NCBI GenBank assembly: GCA_963664705.1
Contig: OY761556.1
Span: forward strand, 672,001-736,000
Reading direction: 5' to 3'
From: Acidobacteriota bacterium
GTDB lineage: Bacteria > Acidobacteriota > UBA6911
Length of the DNA: 64,000 nucleotides
The notes under the pieces are model-generated. The model made no database searches, was not told the origin of the DNA, and was given only the letters and a program-made list of their open reading frames with translations. Of the stretch, positions 10,860 to 20,431 are shown in pieces. Position numbers and translations under genes: made by a program. Within the stretch, counting starts at the first letter, position 1; the number at the start of each line of letters is the position of its first letter.

Positions 10860-11726
10860 ATGAAGAATGATCTGCTTCCCAGACGGGCGTTTCGTGATGA
10901 GGTAAATCTCTCCATTCTGGGGTTGGGAGGAATGCTCCTGCTCGGCCTAGATCCGGGAGATGTGGATGCCATTGTGGGCGAAGCGCTGTCGTTGGGCATC
11001 AATTACTTCGATGTGGCTCCTTTTTATGGAAGCGGCGAGGCGGAACAGAAGATGGGGAAGGCCTTGACCAGCCACCGGAAGCATGTGTTTCTCGCCTGCA
11101 AAACGCTCGAGCGATCCGCCGCTGCTGCCCGGACCGAACTGGAGCACTCCCTCCGCGAGTTGCACACCGATCATTTCGACCTGTACCAGTTTCATGCAGT
11201 TTCTGATCTTCAGGATGTAGAGGAAATATTTGAAACCGGTGGCGCGATGGAAGCGTTCCTGAAGGCGCGTGATCAGGGGAAAATCCGCTATATCGGGTTT
11301 TCTGCACATTCCGCAGAGGCTGCGCTGGCCATGATGGATCGATTCCCTTTTGATTCGATCCTGTTCCCGGTGAATTTTATCAACTTTGCCCGCGGCAATT
11401 TCGGCCCGCAGGTGCTCGCCCGGGCAAAAGAACAGAATGTTGCGCGTCTCGCCATCAAGGCGATGGCGCATGGCCCATGGCGAAAGAATGATGATCGGAA
11501 ATACCCCAATTGCTGGTACCGTCCGATTGAAGACCGCGCGCTTGCACGCCAGGCGCTTCGGTTTACGCTGTCCGAAGGCGTAACAGCAGCCGTTCCGCCG
11601 GGAGATATAAGGTTGTTTCGGATGGCATTGGAATTGGCCGCGGATGGCTTGCCGCCTCTCGAGGCTGATGAGCGTGAAGCTTTGTTGGCAAGCACGCGCG
11701 GATTGAGACCCTTAATGCGAGTATAG
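10860..11726 (+). CDS. Aldo/keto reductase
   Basis: [39 protein letters not shown] motifs. Start taken at ATG 10860. Confidence 0.92.
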   Translation: MKNDLLPRRAFRDEVNLSILGLGGMLLLGLDPGDVDAIVGEALSLGINYFDVAPFYGSGEAEQKMGKALTSHRKHVFLACKTLERSAAAARTELEHSLRELHTDHFDLYQFHAVSDLQDVEEIFETGGAMEAFLKARDQGKIRYIGFSAHSAEAALAMMDRFPFDSILFPVNFINFARGNFGPQVLARAKEQNVARLAIKAMAHGPWRKNDDRKYPNCWYRPIEDRALARQALRFTLSEGVTAAVPPGDIRLFRMALELAADGLPPLEADEREALLASTRGLRPLMRV

Positions 11727-11770
11727 AAAGCCACCATCCTTATTTCTTGTGGCTACATTGTGAGGAATCT

Positions 11771-12964
11771 ATGGGGATTGATAAACTGCAGTTTATTCTG
11801 GATGAAAAAGCCCGGCTGGAGAGAGAGGGGTTGCTGGTAAAGATCCGCACTATCGGGTCGCCACAGGGCGCTTGGATTACGGTAGATGAAAAAAAGGTTT
11901 TGAATCTCTGCTCAAACAACTATCTCGGGTTCGCCAACGATCCGCGGTTGAAACGGGCGGCTCAAAGTGCCATTGAGAGCTATGGTGTCGGACCGGCGGC
12001 CGTTCGTTCCATCGCGGGAACAATGACGCTCCATACCGAACTGGAAAAGAAGCTTGCCCGCTTCAAGCGGGTCGAAGCCACGATCTCCTTTCAGTCAGGA
12101 TTCAACTCCAACATCGCTACTGTCCCGGCCCTGGTGGGAAAGGATGATCTCATCTTCTCTGATGAACTGAACCATGCCTCCATTATTGATGGATGCCGTC
12201 TTTCGGGCGCTCCCATCATTCGATTCGAGCATTGCAATCCCGCATCGTTGGAACAGAAGCTGAAGGAAAATCGGCCCGGCGACGGACGCCGTGCGCTGAT
12301 TATCACCGATGGCGTTTTTTCAATGGATGGAGATATTGCCCCACTGCCGCCGCTGGTCGAACTGGCGGAAAAATTCGGTGCGATGATCATGGTGGACGAT
12401 GCCCATGGCGAGGGAGTCCTCGGCCAAGGGGGCCGCGGCGCCGTCGATCACTTCCATATGCACGGACGTGTGGATGTTGAGATCGGGACTCTTTCCAAGG
12501 CCTTCGGCGTCGTAGGCGGTTTTGTAGCGGGCAAGGAAATCGTCATCGATCATCTGCGTCAGAAGGGTCGACCCTTTCTCTTCTCCAGCGCGCTGCCGCC
12601 GGCAGACGTGGCTGCCTGCAGCGCCGCTGTGGATATTCTCGAATCATCGGACGATCTGGTTCAGAAACTCTGGAGCAATGCGCGCTACTTTAAGGACCGG
12701 ATGCGCAAGGCAGGATTTGATACGGGAAAGAGCGAGACTCCGATCACGCCGGTTATGCTGGGAGAGGCAAAAACGGCGCAGGAATTCAGCCGTCGCCTCT
12801 TTGCCGAAGGGGTGTTTGCGATGGCCATTGGTTTCCCGACGGTCCCGATGGGGAAGGCGCGCATCCGCGTCATGATCTCCGCCACACATTCCGAGCAGGA
12901 TCTCGACTACGGCGTAGAGAAGTTCACCCAGGTGGGCAGACAGCTTGGTCTTCTGACATCGTAG
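11771..12964 (+). CDS. kbl: Glycine C-acetyltransferase / 8-amino-7-oxononanoate synthase family PLP enzyme
   Basis: [44 protein letters not shown] (PLP Lys), ARIRV. Kbl versus BioF-like specificity is not resolvable by eye. Confidence 0.85.
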   Translation: MGIDKLQFILDEKARLEREGLLVKIRTIGSPQGAWITVDEKKVLNLCSNNYLGFANDPRLKRAAQSAIESYGVGPAAVRSIAGTMTLHTELEKKLARFKRVEATISFQSGFNSNIATVPALVGKDDLIFSDELNHASIIDGCRLSGAPIIRFEHCNPASLEQKLKENRPGDGRRALIITDGVFSMDGDIAPLPPLVELAEKFGAMIMVDDAHGEGVLGQGGRGAVDHFHMHGRVDVEIGTLSKAFGVVGGFVAGKEIVIDHLRQKGRPFLFSSALPPADVAACSAAVDILESSDDLVQKLWSNARYFKDRMRKAGFDTGKSETPITPVMLGEAKTAQEFSRRLFAEGVFAMAIGFPTVPMGKARIRVMISATHSEQDLDYGVEKFTQVGRQLGLLTS

Positions 12965-13042
12965 GGTAACCGGGAAGGCTGATGGTTCGCGTTGAACGTT
13001 CAACGAACTTGTTCACAGTTGATGGAACCGTCTCCACCCCAC

Positions 13043-13073
13043 GGGGAGCGCCGGGCGAGACGCCGGCGCTCCC
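13043..13073. repeat. REP-like GC palindrome between convergent genes
   Basis: GGGAGCGCCGG-GCGAGACG-CCGGCGCTCCC, a perfect 11-bp stem. The 14-mer GGGGAGCGCCGGGC recurs at 63029-63042. Confidence 0.6.
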
Positions 13074-13083
13074 AGACTTCCGA

Positions 13084-15147
13084 TCATTCTCCTGATTTCT
13101 TGAAGCCATAGGCATCGCTGATATCGAGCGGCGGCATAGGGCCGTTCAACGGCTTCAGGTCTCTCACATACCAATCGAACCATGCGAGGTGCCGATACAG
13201 CATATCCGTTCTTCCCGGCTGCATGGAGTTCCCATGCCCCTCGCCCGGGTACTGTACCAGCCGTACCGCGGGATGGCCATTCAGCTTGAGTGCCCGGTAC
13301 AATTCAATGCTTTGCGATGGATGGACGCGCGTGTCCGCCGCGCCTCCCGCAATGAGAACGGCAGTTTTGCTCTGCTTCGCATAGTAAATCGGGCTGTGTT
13401 TAAGGCTGAAATCCCATGCGTCCTCGAGAGGTTTGCCGGAGTGAACATAGAGTTCTTCGTACGGGATGTCTGTCGTGAGCCGTTTGCTTGTGAGGTCGCT
13501 GATCCCCACAAACATGCAGACCGCACGCACCTTCGCCGTGTAATAGGTTGCAAACCAGGCTGCAGCAAAGCCTCCATAGGATCCCCCGCCCAACCCGATG
13601 CGGGCAGGATCCGCAAGCCCCGCTGAAACCAGGTAGTCGATTCCATCCGCAATGTCATCAAACTCCTTCCCGGCTGCGTCCTGGTAGCCGCGGAGCGCGA
13701 ATTCAACTCCATAGCCGGTGCTTGCCCCGTAATTGGGAAGGAAGACAAGGTATCCCTTGTTTGCGAGAACCTGCGAAGGCATAAAGTAATTGGTATGCCA
13801 TCCATTCAGGTGATTGGATTCGGGGCCGCCATGCACATTTACAATCAGAGGATACTGCCGGCCCTGTTTGTAATCGCGGGGATAGTAGAGGACTCCCTCG
13901 ATTTCCACACCGTCGCGCGCCTTGTAGCGAACGATTTCCTGCCGGGCCAGCGCTCGCGCATGGATCCAGGGGTTACTGTCTGTCAGGCGTTTGGGCGCAG
14001 TCTGCCCGGGCTGCCATAGATAGACGTCGCCCGGGACATCGGGTGCGGTGGCCGGGAACGCCACACGCTTGAAGCCGGACGCAATACTGGGAGCATCGAA
14101 AATAACTCCGGAGTCCTTTCCATGGAGAAGGATCTTGCGGGCGCCGCCATTCGCAGAGACAGAACTCAGCGTCGGCCAAGCCCCTTCCGATGAACGATAT
14201 AAAACGGTTGATGCATCCTGCCATCCAACCCAGTCGACATGGCCGCGAAAGCGCGGCTCCGTGAGATTCCGTGTCTCGCCGGTGCCTGCGTCAGCAATGA
14301 AAGCCTGGCTGATATTGTGGTCCTTTCTGTCGAGGGCGCTGTTATAGACAATGAACCGGTCATCCGGGCTCCAGGCAAAATTTCCAAGCTTGCCCGGATT
14401 GTCGACAAGGCGGCGCATCGCCTTTGTGGCAACGTCAATCGTGTGTATTTTCTGGAACATGTAACTGTGATCCACGAGGTTCAGCGGGGAAACGGCGGCC
14501 GCAATCACTGTACCGCCATGATTCCACTCGAAACCCCATACCGAGACGCCCTGGGTCAGTTGCGTAATCTCCCCGGCAGGATTGCGGGGCTCCACTGTAA
14601 CGAGGTAGAGGTTGCGATCCCGTAAATTCTCCTCGTAGAAAGTGAATCCATAGCCCTTCTTCTCCATGTCCTTTTCGCGCGCCGTCTGGGGCGCAACAGC
14701 CGTATACGCAATCCGTTTCCCGGATGGATCCCAACGAAACTCCAGAACGCTGGATTTTGCATTTGTCAGTTCCACCGCTTCGCCGCCATCCACGGGAATC
14801 ACCCAAACCTGGGTTTTGGAGTCTTTCCCACGAGCCATGCGGAATGCGATGGACTTTCCATCCGGGCTCCATTGCGGCGTGCTGACACTGACTTTTCCTG
14901 TAAGAAACGGCCGGATCTGTCCGGTGGTGGTGGAAACCAGGTACAGCTCGTTCCAGGCGCTTCCGGCCTCTTCCTCCGCGGCGCGAGGCACATTGAGCGT
15001 ATAGGCGATCCAGGCTCCATCCGGACTGATTTCAACGGTCGTTGCACGTTTGAGATTGAGTGCGTCAGCGGCCGAAAACGGTTCCGCTGCAAGTGCCGGG
15101 AGACAGGAGACCAAAAGCAATGCAAGTATCTGACAATATTTTTTCAA
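13084..15147 (-). CDS. Secreted S9-family (prolyl oligopeptidase / acylaminoacyl peptidase-like) serine peptidase
   Basis: Signal peptide, PD40/TolB-like propeller repeats (WSPDG), VHGGP, nucleophile GGSYGG, DTRV Asp and EGHG His. Confidence 0.93.
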   Translation of the reverse strand: MKKYCQILALLLVSCLPALAAEPFSAADALNLKRATTVEISPDGAWIAYTLNVPRAAEEEAGSAWNELYLVSTTTGQIRPFLTGKVSVSTPQWSPDGKSIAFRMARGKDSKTQVWVIPVDGGEAVELTNAKSSVLEFRWDPSGKRIAYTAVAPQTAREKDMEKKGYGFTFYEENLRDRNLYLVTVEPRNPAGEITQLTQGVSVWGFEWNHGGTVIAAAVSPLNLVDHSYMFQKIHTIDVATKAMRRLVDNPGKLGNFAWSPDDRFIVYNSALDRKDHNISQAFIADAGTGETRNLTEPRFRGHVDWVGWQDASTVLYRSSEGAWPTLSSVSANGGARKILLHGKDSGVIFDAPSIASGFKRVAFPATAPDVPGDVYLWQPGQTAPKRLTDSNPWIHARALARQEIVRYKARDGVEIEGVLYYPRDYKQGRQYPLIVNVHGGPESNHLNGWHTNYFMPSQVLANKGYLVFLPNYGASTGYGVEFALRGYQDAAGKEFDDIADGIDYLVSAGLADPARIGLGGGSYGGFAAAWFATYYTAKVRAVCMFVGISDLTSKRLTTDIPYEELYVHSGKPLEDAWDFSLKHSPIYYAKQSKTAVLIAGGAADTRVHPSQSIELYRALKLNGHPAVRLVQYPGEGHGNSMQPGRTDMLYRHLAWFDWYVRDLKPLNGPMPPLDISDAYGFKKSGE

Positions 15148-15165
15148 AGGAAAAACTCCCTAAAG

Positions 15166-15229
15166 GATTTCAGATTCCAGACTCAATCTGGAATCCGGAA
15201 TCTGGAATCTAGAATCTGAAATCTGAGAT
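15166..15229. repeat. Heptamer tandem repeats arranged as an imperfect hairpin
   Basis: GATTTCA-GATTCCA-GA followed by TGGAATC CGGAATC TGGAATC TAGAATC TGAAATC TGAGATC. Confidence 0.75.
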
Positions 15230-15236
15230 CGCGTAA

Positions 15237-16676
15237 TCATTCCATCGACACCCAGACCGATTTTACCTGTGTATATAGGTCAATGCCGTATTTCCCCAAT
15301 TCGCGGCCGAAGCCTGATTGTTTGTATCCGCCGAAGGGAGACTCCGGCGAGAGCATCCCGTAGGCATTGATCCAGACCGTGCCGGCCTGCATTTGTCTCG
15401 CAAGTTTGTGTGCTTTGGCAATATCCCGCGTCCAGATTCCGGCTGCGAGCCCATAAATCGTGGAGTTGGCCTTTTGCACGAGATCGTCGAAGTCCTCGAA
15501 CGAGAGCACGGTAAGGACGGGACCGAAGATCTCTTCCTGGGCAATCCGCATGGACGCATCGGCGGCATCGAAAATAGTGGGTTTTACAAAATAGCCTCGC
15601 TGGCCGCATCTTCCTCCGAGCAGAACGGGGAGGGCCCCTTCAGTCCGGCCGATCTCAACATATTGAAGCACGCGATCCATTTGGGTTTTGGAGACGATAG
15701 CGCCCAGCCGCGTTTTAGGGTCCTGGGGATCGCCCGGTTCCAGTTTTCGCGCTCTGTCTATGAGCCGTTCCAGCAGTGCGTCGTGCACCGGTTTTTCGAC
15801 AAACAGCCGGGACCCTGCATTGCAGACTTCTCCCTTGCCGTAAAAGATCCCATTGAACGCCCCCTTGGCGGCGGCATCAAGGTCGGAATCGGCGAATACA
15901 ATATTCGGCGACTTGCCGCCCAGTTCGAGAGAGACCTTTTTAAGCGTGTCCGCGGAGGTGCGGATGATTTCCTTGCCGACGGCAGTGCTCCCGGTGAAGG
16001 ATATTTTATCCACGCCGGGATGAGCGACGAGCGCGCGACCGGCCGTCTCGCCAAACCCCGGGATCACGTTGACCACGCCCTCGGGGAATCCGGCCTCCAG
16101 GCACAGTTCTCCCAGCCGAAGTCCTGTCAGCGGCGTCTCTTCGGCTATTTTGAGCACGGCCGTATTTCCACAGGCGAGTGCGGGAGCCAGTTTCCATGCA
16201 ACCATCAGCAGCGGGAAATTCCACGGCGTGATAATGCCGCAGACGCCGTAGGGTTCGCGTAATGTATAGTTCAGGAAGTTTCCGGGGACCGGGATGGTTT
16301 CGCCTTCAATCTTCGTACACCAGCCGGCGTAGTAATAAAAGGTTTCGGCGGCGGATGGGATGTCGACATACCTGGACTCGGTGATCGGCTTGCCGTTGTC
16401 GAGGCTTTCCGTCATAGCCAGTTCGTCGGCGTTTTCCAGGATGAGGTCGCCCAGCTTCCAGAGCAGCTTGGATCGCTCGCGGGCTTTCATGTTCTGCCAG
16501 GATTTGTGCTGAAAAGCTGTGCGCGCGGCCTGCACGGCGGCATCCACGTCCGGGGCATCTGCCTCGGCTATGTCTGCGATGACCTCTTCGGTTGCCGGGT
16601 TGATGGTCGGAAAAGTTTTGCCCGACCGGGCATCCTGGAACCTGCCTCCAATAAGCAGCTGTGTTGGTCCCCCCAT
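15237..16676 (-). CDS. NAD(P)-dependent aldehyde dehydrogenase
   Basis: PWNFP, FTGSTAVG, LELGGKSP, catalytic Cys in GEVCNAGSR, EEIFGPV, PFGGYKQSG. Confidence 0.96.
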   Translation of the reverse strand: MGGPTQLLIGGRFQDARSGKTFPTINPATEEVIADIAEADAPDVDAAVQAARTAFQHKSWQNMKARERSKLLWKLGDLILENADELAMTESLDNGKPITESRYVDIPSAAETFYYYAGWCTKIEGETIPVPGNFLNYTLREPYGVCGIITPWNFPLLMVAWKLAPALACGNTAVLKIAEETPLTGLRLGELCLEAGFPEGVVNVIPGFGETAGRALVAHPGVDKISFTGSTAVGKEIIRTSADTLKKVSLELGGKSPNIVFADSDLDAAAKGAFNGIFYGKGEVCNAGSRLFVEKPVHDALLERLIDRARKLEPGDPQDPKTRLGAIVSKTQMDRVLQYVEIGRTEGALPVLLGGRCGQRGYFVKPTIFDAADASMRIAQEEIFGPVLTVLSFEDFDDLVQKANSTIYGLAAGIWTRDIAKAHKLARQMQAGTVWINAYGMLSPESPFGGYKQSGFGRELGKYGIDLYTQVKSVWVSME

Positions 16677-16851
16677 TTACGCCTCCTTCCATATCTTGCA
16701 AAATACACCTTAGCCATGGAAGGCGTGAAACAAAAGCGGAAAACACCCAAGGCCGGATTTGAAATATTCTTCATCGCGGGGTTCCGGGCAAGACAGGCTT
16801 TTAACCGGCAAATCTGAAGGGTATCATTAGCTTTCAAGATAAGGGTAGACC

Positions 16852-19800
16852 ATGAAAAAATGTTCATTGCTGTTGCTGCTTCTGTCCACGATTTTCATTG
16901 TGCCTGTTTTCTCTCAGACGGAAACGAGGCTGCTGCGTTTTCCCGCCATTTACGGCAACCAGATCGTCTTCAGCTATGCCGGGGACCTGTATACGGTTCC
17001 AGCCAGCGGTGGAACCGCCCGCAAACTGACCAATGATTTGGGCTACGAGATGTTTGCCCGCTTTTCGCCCGATGGAAAGCGGCTGGCGTTTACGGCTCAA
17101 TACGACGGGAACACCGAGGTCTACCTGATGCCTGCAGAGGGAGGGATTCCCAAAAGGCTGACCTATACCGCCACCCTGGATCGTGATGAGGTGTCCGATC
17201 GCATGGGGCCGAACAACATCGTGATGGGCTGGAAGGATGACGGCCAGATCGTTTATCGATCCCGTCGGACGCAGTGGAACGATTTCAAGGGAGATCTTCT
17301 TCTGGCTTCCACGGAAGGAGGGCTGTCCGAGCAGTTGCCGCTGCCGCGCGGCGGTTTCTGTTCCTTTTCGCCGGATAAGAAGAAACTGGCGTACAACAGA
17401 GTTTTCCGCGAATTCCGCACCTGGAAACGCTACCGCGGCGGCCAGGCGGATGATGTCTGGATCTACGACTTCGACACGAAACAGACAGTCGACATTACCA
17501 ACAACCCCGCGCAGGACATAATTCCGATGTGGAGCGGGAACAGGATTTACTTTATTTCGGATCGCGATGAAAACAAGCGCTTCAACCTGTATGTCTATGA
17601 CCTTGGAAACAAGCAGACGCAAAAGCTGACCAGTTTTGTCGATTTTGACATCAAGTTCCCGTCTCTCGGCAACAACGCCATTGTTTTTGAAAATGGCGGA
17701 TATATTTACAAATTCGATCTGAAGAGCCAGAAGACGGCAAAAGTTTCGATCTCGGTGGATGATGACCAGGTGGGCAGTCGCGGCGGCTGGGTGGATGTCA
17801 GCCGGAGTATTACGAACTATGAGATTTCTCCCGACGGCAGCCGCGCACTGTTCGGCGCACGCGGAGAAATCTTCACCGTCCCGGCCAAGTATGGAAATAC
17901 GCGCAACCTGACCAATACCTCAGGTGTTCAGGAAAGGGCTTCGAAGTGGTCGCCGGACGGCAAATGGATTGCGTACATATCCGATGCATCCGGCGAGGAT
18001 GAGATTTACCTGGCGCCGCAGGACGGATCCGGCCCGGCAAAGCAGCTTACCAAGGGGGCCGACACCTACAAGTTCTATCTGGAATGGTCGCCGGACAGCC
18101 GGAAGCTGCTTTGGGCCGACAAAAAACTCCGCCTGCAATATGTGGATGTCGAATCCGGCGGGGTGACGCTGGTGGTTCAGGCAAAGAAATGGGAGATCGA
18201 AGAGGCGGTATGGTCGCCCGACAGCCAGTGGATATCCTACTCGAGGCAGGAAGACGATAAGATGCAAACCATCTATCTCTACTCTTTGGCGAGCAAGGAA
18301 ACCATGGCGGTGACGGATGGATGGTTTGAATCCGGCGGCGCCGCATTCAGTGCGGATGGGAAGTACCTGTTCTTTGTTTCCGACCGGACCTTCAATCCGA
18401 CTTACGGTCAGACGGAATTCAATTACAGCTACCAGGATATGTCGAAGATTTACCTGGTAACGCTTGCGAAGGATACGAAGTCACCATTTGAACCCAAGAG
18501 CGACGAGGTAAAGATCAAGGAAAGCGCCACGCCGCCGGCAGGCGATGCCGCGGAACCGGGGAAGAAGCCGGAAGCTCCCAAGACGGTCACCGTCAAGGTG
18601 GATGCGGATGGCCTGCAGAGCCGGATCGCCGAGCTTCCGGTTCAGGCCGGACGCTACAATCACCTGGTTTCGGTCGGAAGCAAGCTCTACTACATGCACC
18701 GAAGCGGCCGCCAGGGCAGTCAGAAGCTGGCGGTGTACGACCTGGAAAAACTGAAAGAGACGGAACTGGCGGATGCCAACGGATATGAGATATCGGCGGA
18801 TTCCAAAAAAATGCTGATTGGGCAAGGCGGGTCGTACGCCATTGTGGACCTTCCGCAATCGAAGCCGGATATGAGTGAGCGGCTCAACCTATCGGATATG
18901 AAATTCAAGCTGGACCGCGAGGCGGAATGGAAGCAGATCTACAATGAATCCTGGCGGGAAATGCGCGATTTCTTTTACGCCCCCAACATGCACGGCGTGG
19001 ATTGGGAGAAAGTGCGGAGAAATTATGAGCCGCTGCTCCCCTTCGTCAGGCATCGCGCGGATCTCACGTATATCATTGGTGAGATGATAGGAGAGCTGAA
19101 CGCCGGTCATACCTATGTCGGTGGTGGAGATTTGCCGAAGGTCGAGCGGGTCAAGCTGGGGCTGCTCGGGGCGGTGATTGATCGGGATGCGGCTTCGGGC
19201 TATTACCGCATTAGAAAGATATTGAAGGGGCAGAATTGGGATAAGGATGTGCGGTCTCCGCTCACGGAAATCGGTGTCGATGCCAGGGAAGGAGACTACA
19301 TTCTGGCGGTGGATGGGAAGTCGACGGCCCAGATGAGGGATATTTACGAATCTCTGGTAAACACGGTCGGGAAGCAGGTCCGGCTGAAGCTGAATGCCAG
19401 GCCACAAGCCGAGGGAAGCCGGGAGACCATCGTTGTGCCGATTGCCAAAGAGGGCCCGTTGCATTACTACGAATGGGTTCAGGGGAACATTGAAAAGGTC
19501 AACAAAGCCACCAATGGCAAGGTGGGATACATTCACGTGCCGGATATGGGAGTCGAAGGGCTGAATGAATTCGTCAAGTACTTCTATCCGCAGCTCAGAA
19601 AGGAAGCGTTGATCATCGATGTCCGCGGGAACGGCGGCGGGAATGTTTCGCCGATGCTGATTGAGAGGCTGCGCCGCGAGGCTGCCATGATTGACATCGC
19701 GCGGAATGCGACGCCGAATTTTGACCCGGAAGCGATCATATCGGGTCCCCGAGTGTGCCTGTTGGATGAATTTTCCGCATCGGATGGTGACATCTTCCCT

Positions 19801-20118
19801 TATCGTTTCAGGTATTACAAGTTGGGGAAGCTGATCGGGAAACGCTCATGGGGCGGAGTTGTGGGCATCCGCGGGACGCTGCCGATTGTGGATGGCGGCT
19901 TTCTGAACAAACCGGAGTTTTCCCGGTATGATATGGCCGGCAAAGAGTGGATCATGGAAGGTCACGGGGTTGATCCGGACATTGTAGTTGATAATGATCC
20001 AGCCAAGGAGTTTGCCGGGATCGATGAACAGCTGGATAAGGGGATTGAAGTGATTCTGCAGGAGATGAAAGCCAAACCGGTCACGATTCCCGGACCGCCG
20101 CCTTACCCGAAAAAGTAG
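16852..20118 (+). CDS. Tricorn protease homologue (S41), secreted
   Basis: Signal peptide, beta-propeller repeats, WKRYRGG, ELNAGHTY His, PDZ-like segment, IIDVRGNGGG, ASDGD Ser, WGGVVG. Confidence 0.95.
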   Translation: MKKCSLLLLLLSTIFIVPVFSQTETRLLRFPAIYGNQIVFSYAGDLYTVPASGGTARKLTNDLGYEMFARFSPDGKRLAFTAQYDGNTEVYLMPAEGGIPKRLTYTATLDRDEVSDRMGPNNIVMGWKDDGQIVYRSRRTQWNDFKGDLLLASTEGGLSEQLPLPRGGFCSFSPDKKKLAYNRVFREFRTWKRYRGGQADDVWIYDFDTKQTVDITNNPAQDIIPMWSGNRIYFISDRDENKRFNLYVYDLGNKQTQKLTSFVDFDIKFPSLGNNAIVFENGGYIYKFDLKSQKTAKVSISVDDDQVGSRGGWVDVSRSITNYEISPDGSRALFGARGEIFTVPAKYGNTRNLTNTSGVQERASKWSPDGKWIAYISDASGEDEIYLAPQDGSGPAKQLTKGADTYKFYLEWSPDSRKLLWADKKLRLQYVDVESGGVTLVVQAKKWEIEEAVWSPDSQWISYSRQEDDKMQTIYLYSLASKETMAVTDGWFESGGAAFSADGKYLFFVSDRTFNPTYGQTEFNYSYQDMSKIYLVTLAKDTKSPFEPKSDEVKIKESATPPAGDAAEPGKKPEAPKTVTVKVDADGLQSRIAELPVQAGRYNHLVSVGSKLYYMHRSGRQGSQKLAVYDLEKLKETELADANGYEISADSKKMLIGQGGSYAIVDLPQSKPDMSERLNLSDMKFKLDREAEWKQIYNESWREMRDFFYAPNMHGVDWEKVRRNYEPLLPFVRHRADLTYIIGEMIGELNAGHTYVGGGDLPKVERVKLGLLGAVIDRDAASGYYRIRKILKGQNWDKDVRSPLTEIGVDAREGDYILAVDGKSTAQMRDIYESLVNTVGKQVRLKLNARPQAEGSRETIVVPIAKEGPLHYYEWVQGNIEKVNKATNGKVGYIHVPDMGVEGLNEFVKYFYPQLRKEALIIDVRGNGGGNVSPMLIERLRREAAMIDIARNATPNFDPEAIISGPRVCLLDEFSASDGDIFPYRFRYYKLGKLIGKRSWGGVVGIRGTLPIVDGGFLNKPEFSRYDMAGKEWIMEGHGVDPDIVVDNDPAKEFAGIDEQLDKGIEVILQEMKAKPVTIPGPPPYPKK

Positions 20119-20127
20119 CCGGGCTAT

Positions 20128-20180
20128 CGGCCACAAATTCCACGAATTATTTTCGTGTCCATTCGTGAAATTTGTGGCCG
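20128..20180. terminator. Long inverted repeat (terminator / REP-like) after the tricorn gene
   Basis: CGGCCACAAATT-C-CACGAAT ... ATTCGTG-A-AATTTGTGGCCG. Confidence 0.6.
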
Positions 20181-20284
20181 CAATGCAAAACTGGCTTCAC
20201 AATCAAGCCGAGGCATGCTAACCTCTTGTGCGTTGTTCGGGGCAGGAGGTCTGTGTCTGCGAGCAGCATAATTTCCTCAAGAGT

Positions 20285-20360
<76 letters not shown>

Positions 20361-20365
20361 TTTAG

Positions 20366-20378
20366 AATCAATAACTTA
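20366..20378 (+). promoter_or_regulatory. IHF-type binding site immediately 3' of the tRNA
   Basis: AATCAATAACTTA matches the IHF consensus WATCAANNNNTTR. Confidence 0.55.
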
Positions 20379-20431
20379 CAGGCAATAATCAAAATACAAA
20401 ATTTGTTCTGGATCACGCCGGGATCATAGCC

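Noticed and set aside
15166-15229. Short repeat arrays (here and at 23410-23447) as possible CRISPR
   Set aside because: No unique spacers, units too short, and no cas genes in the window.
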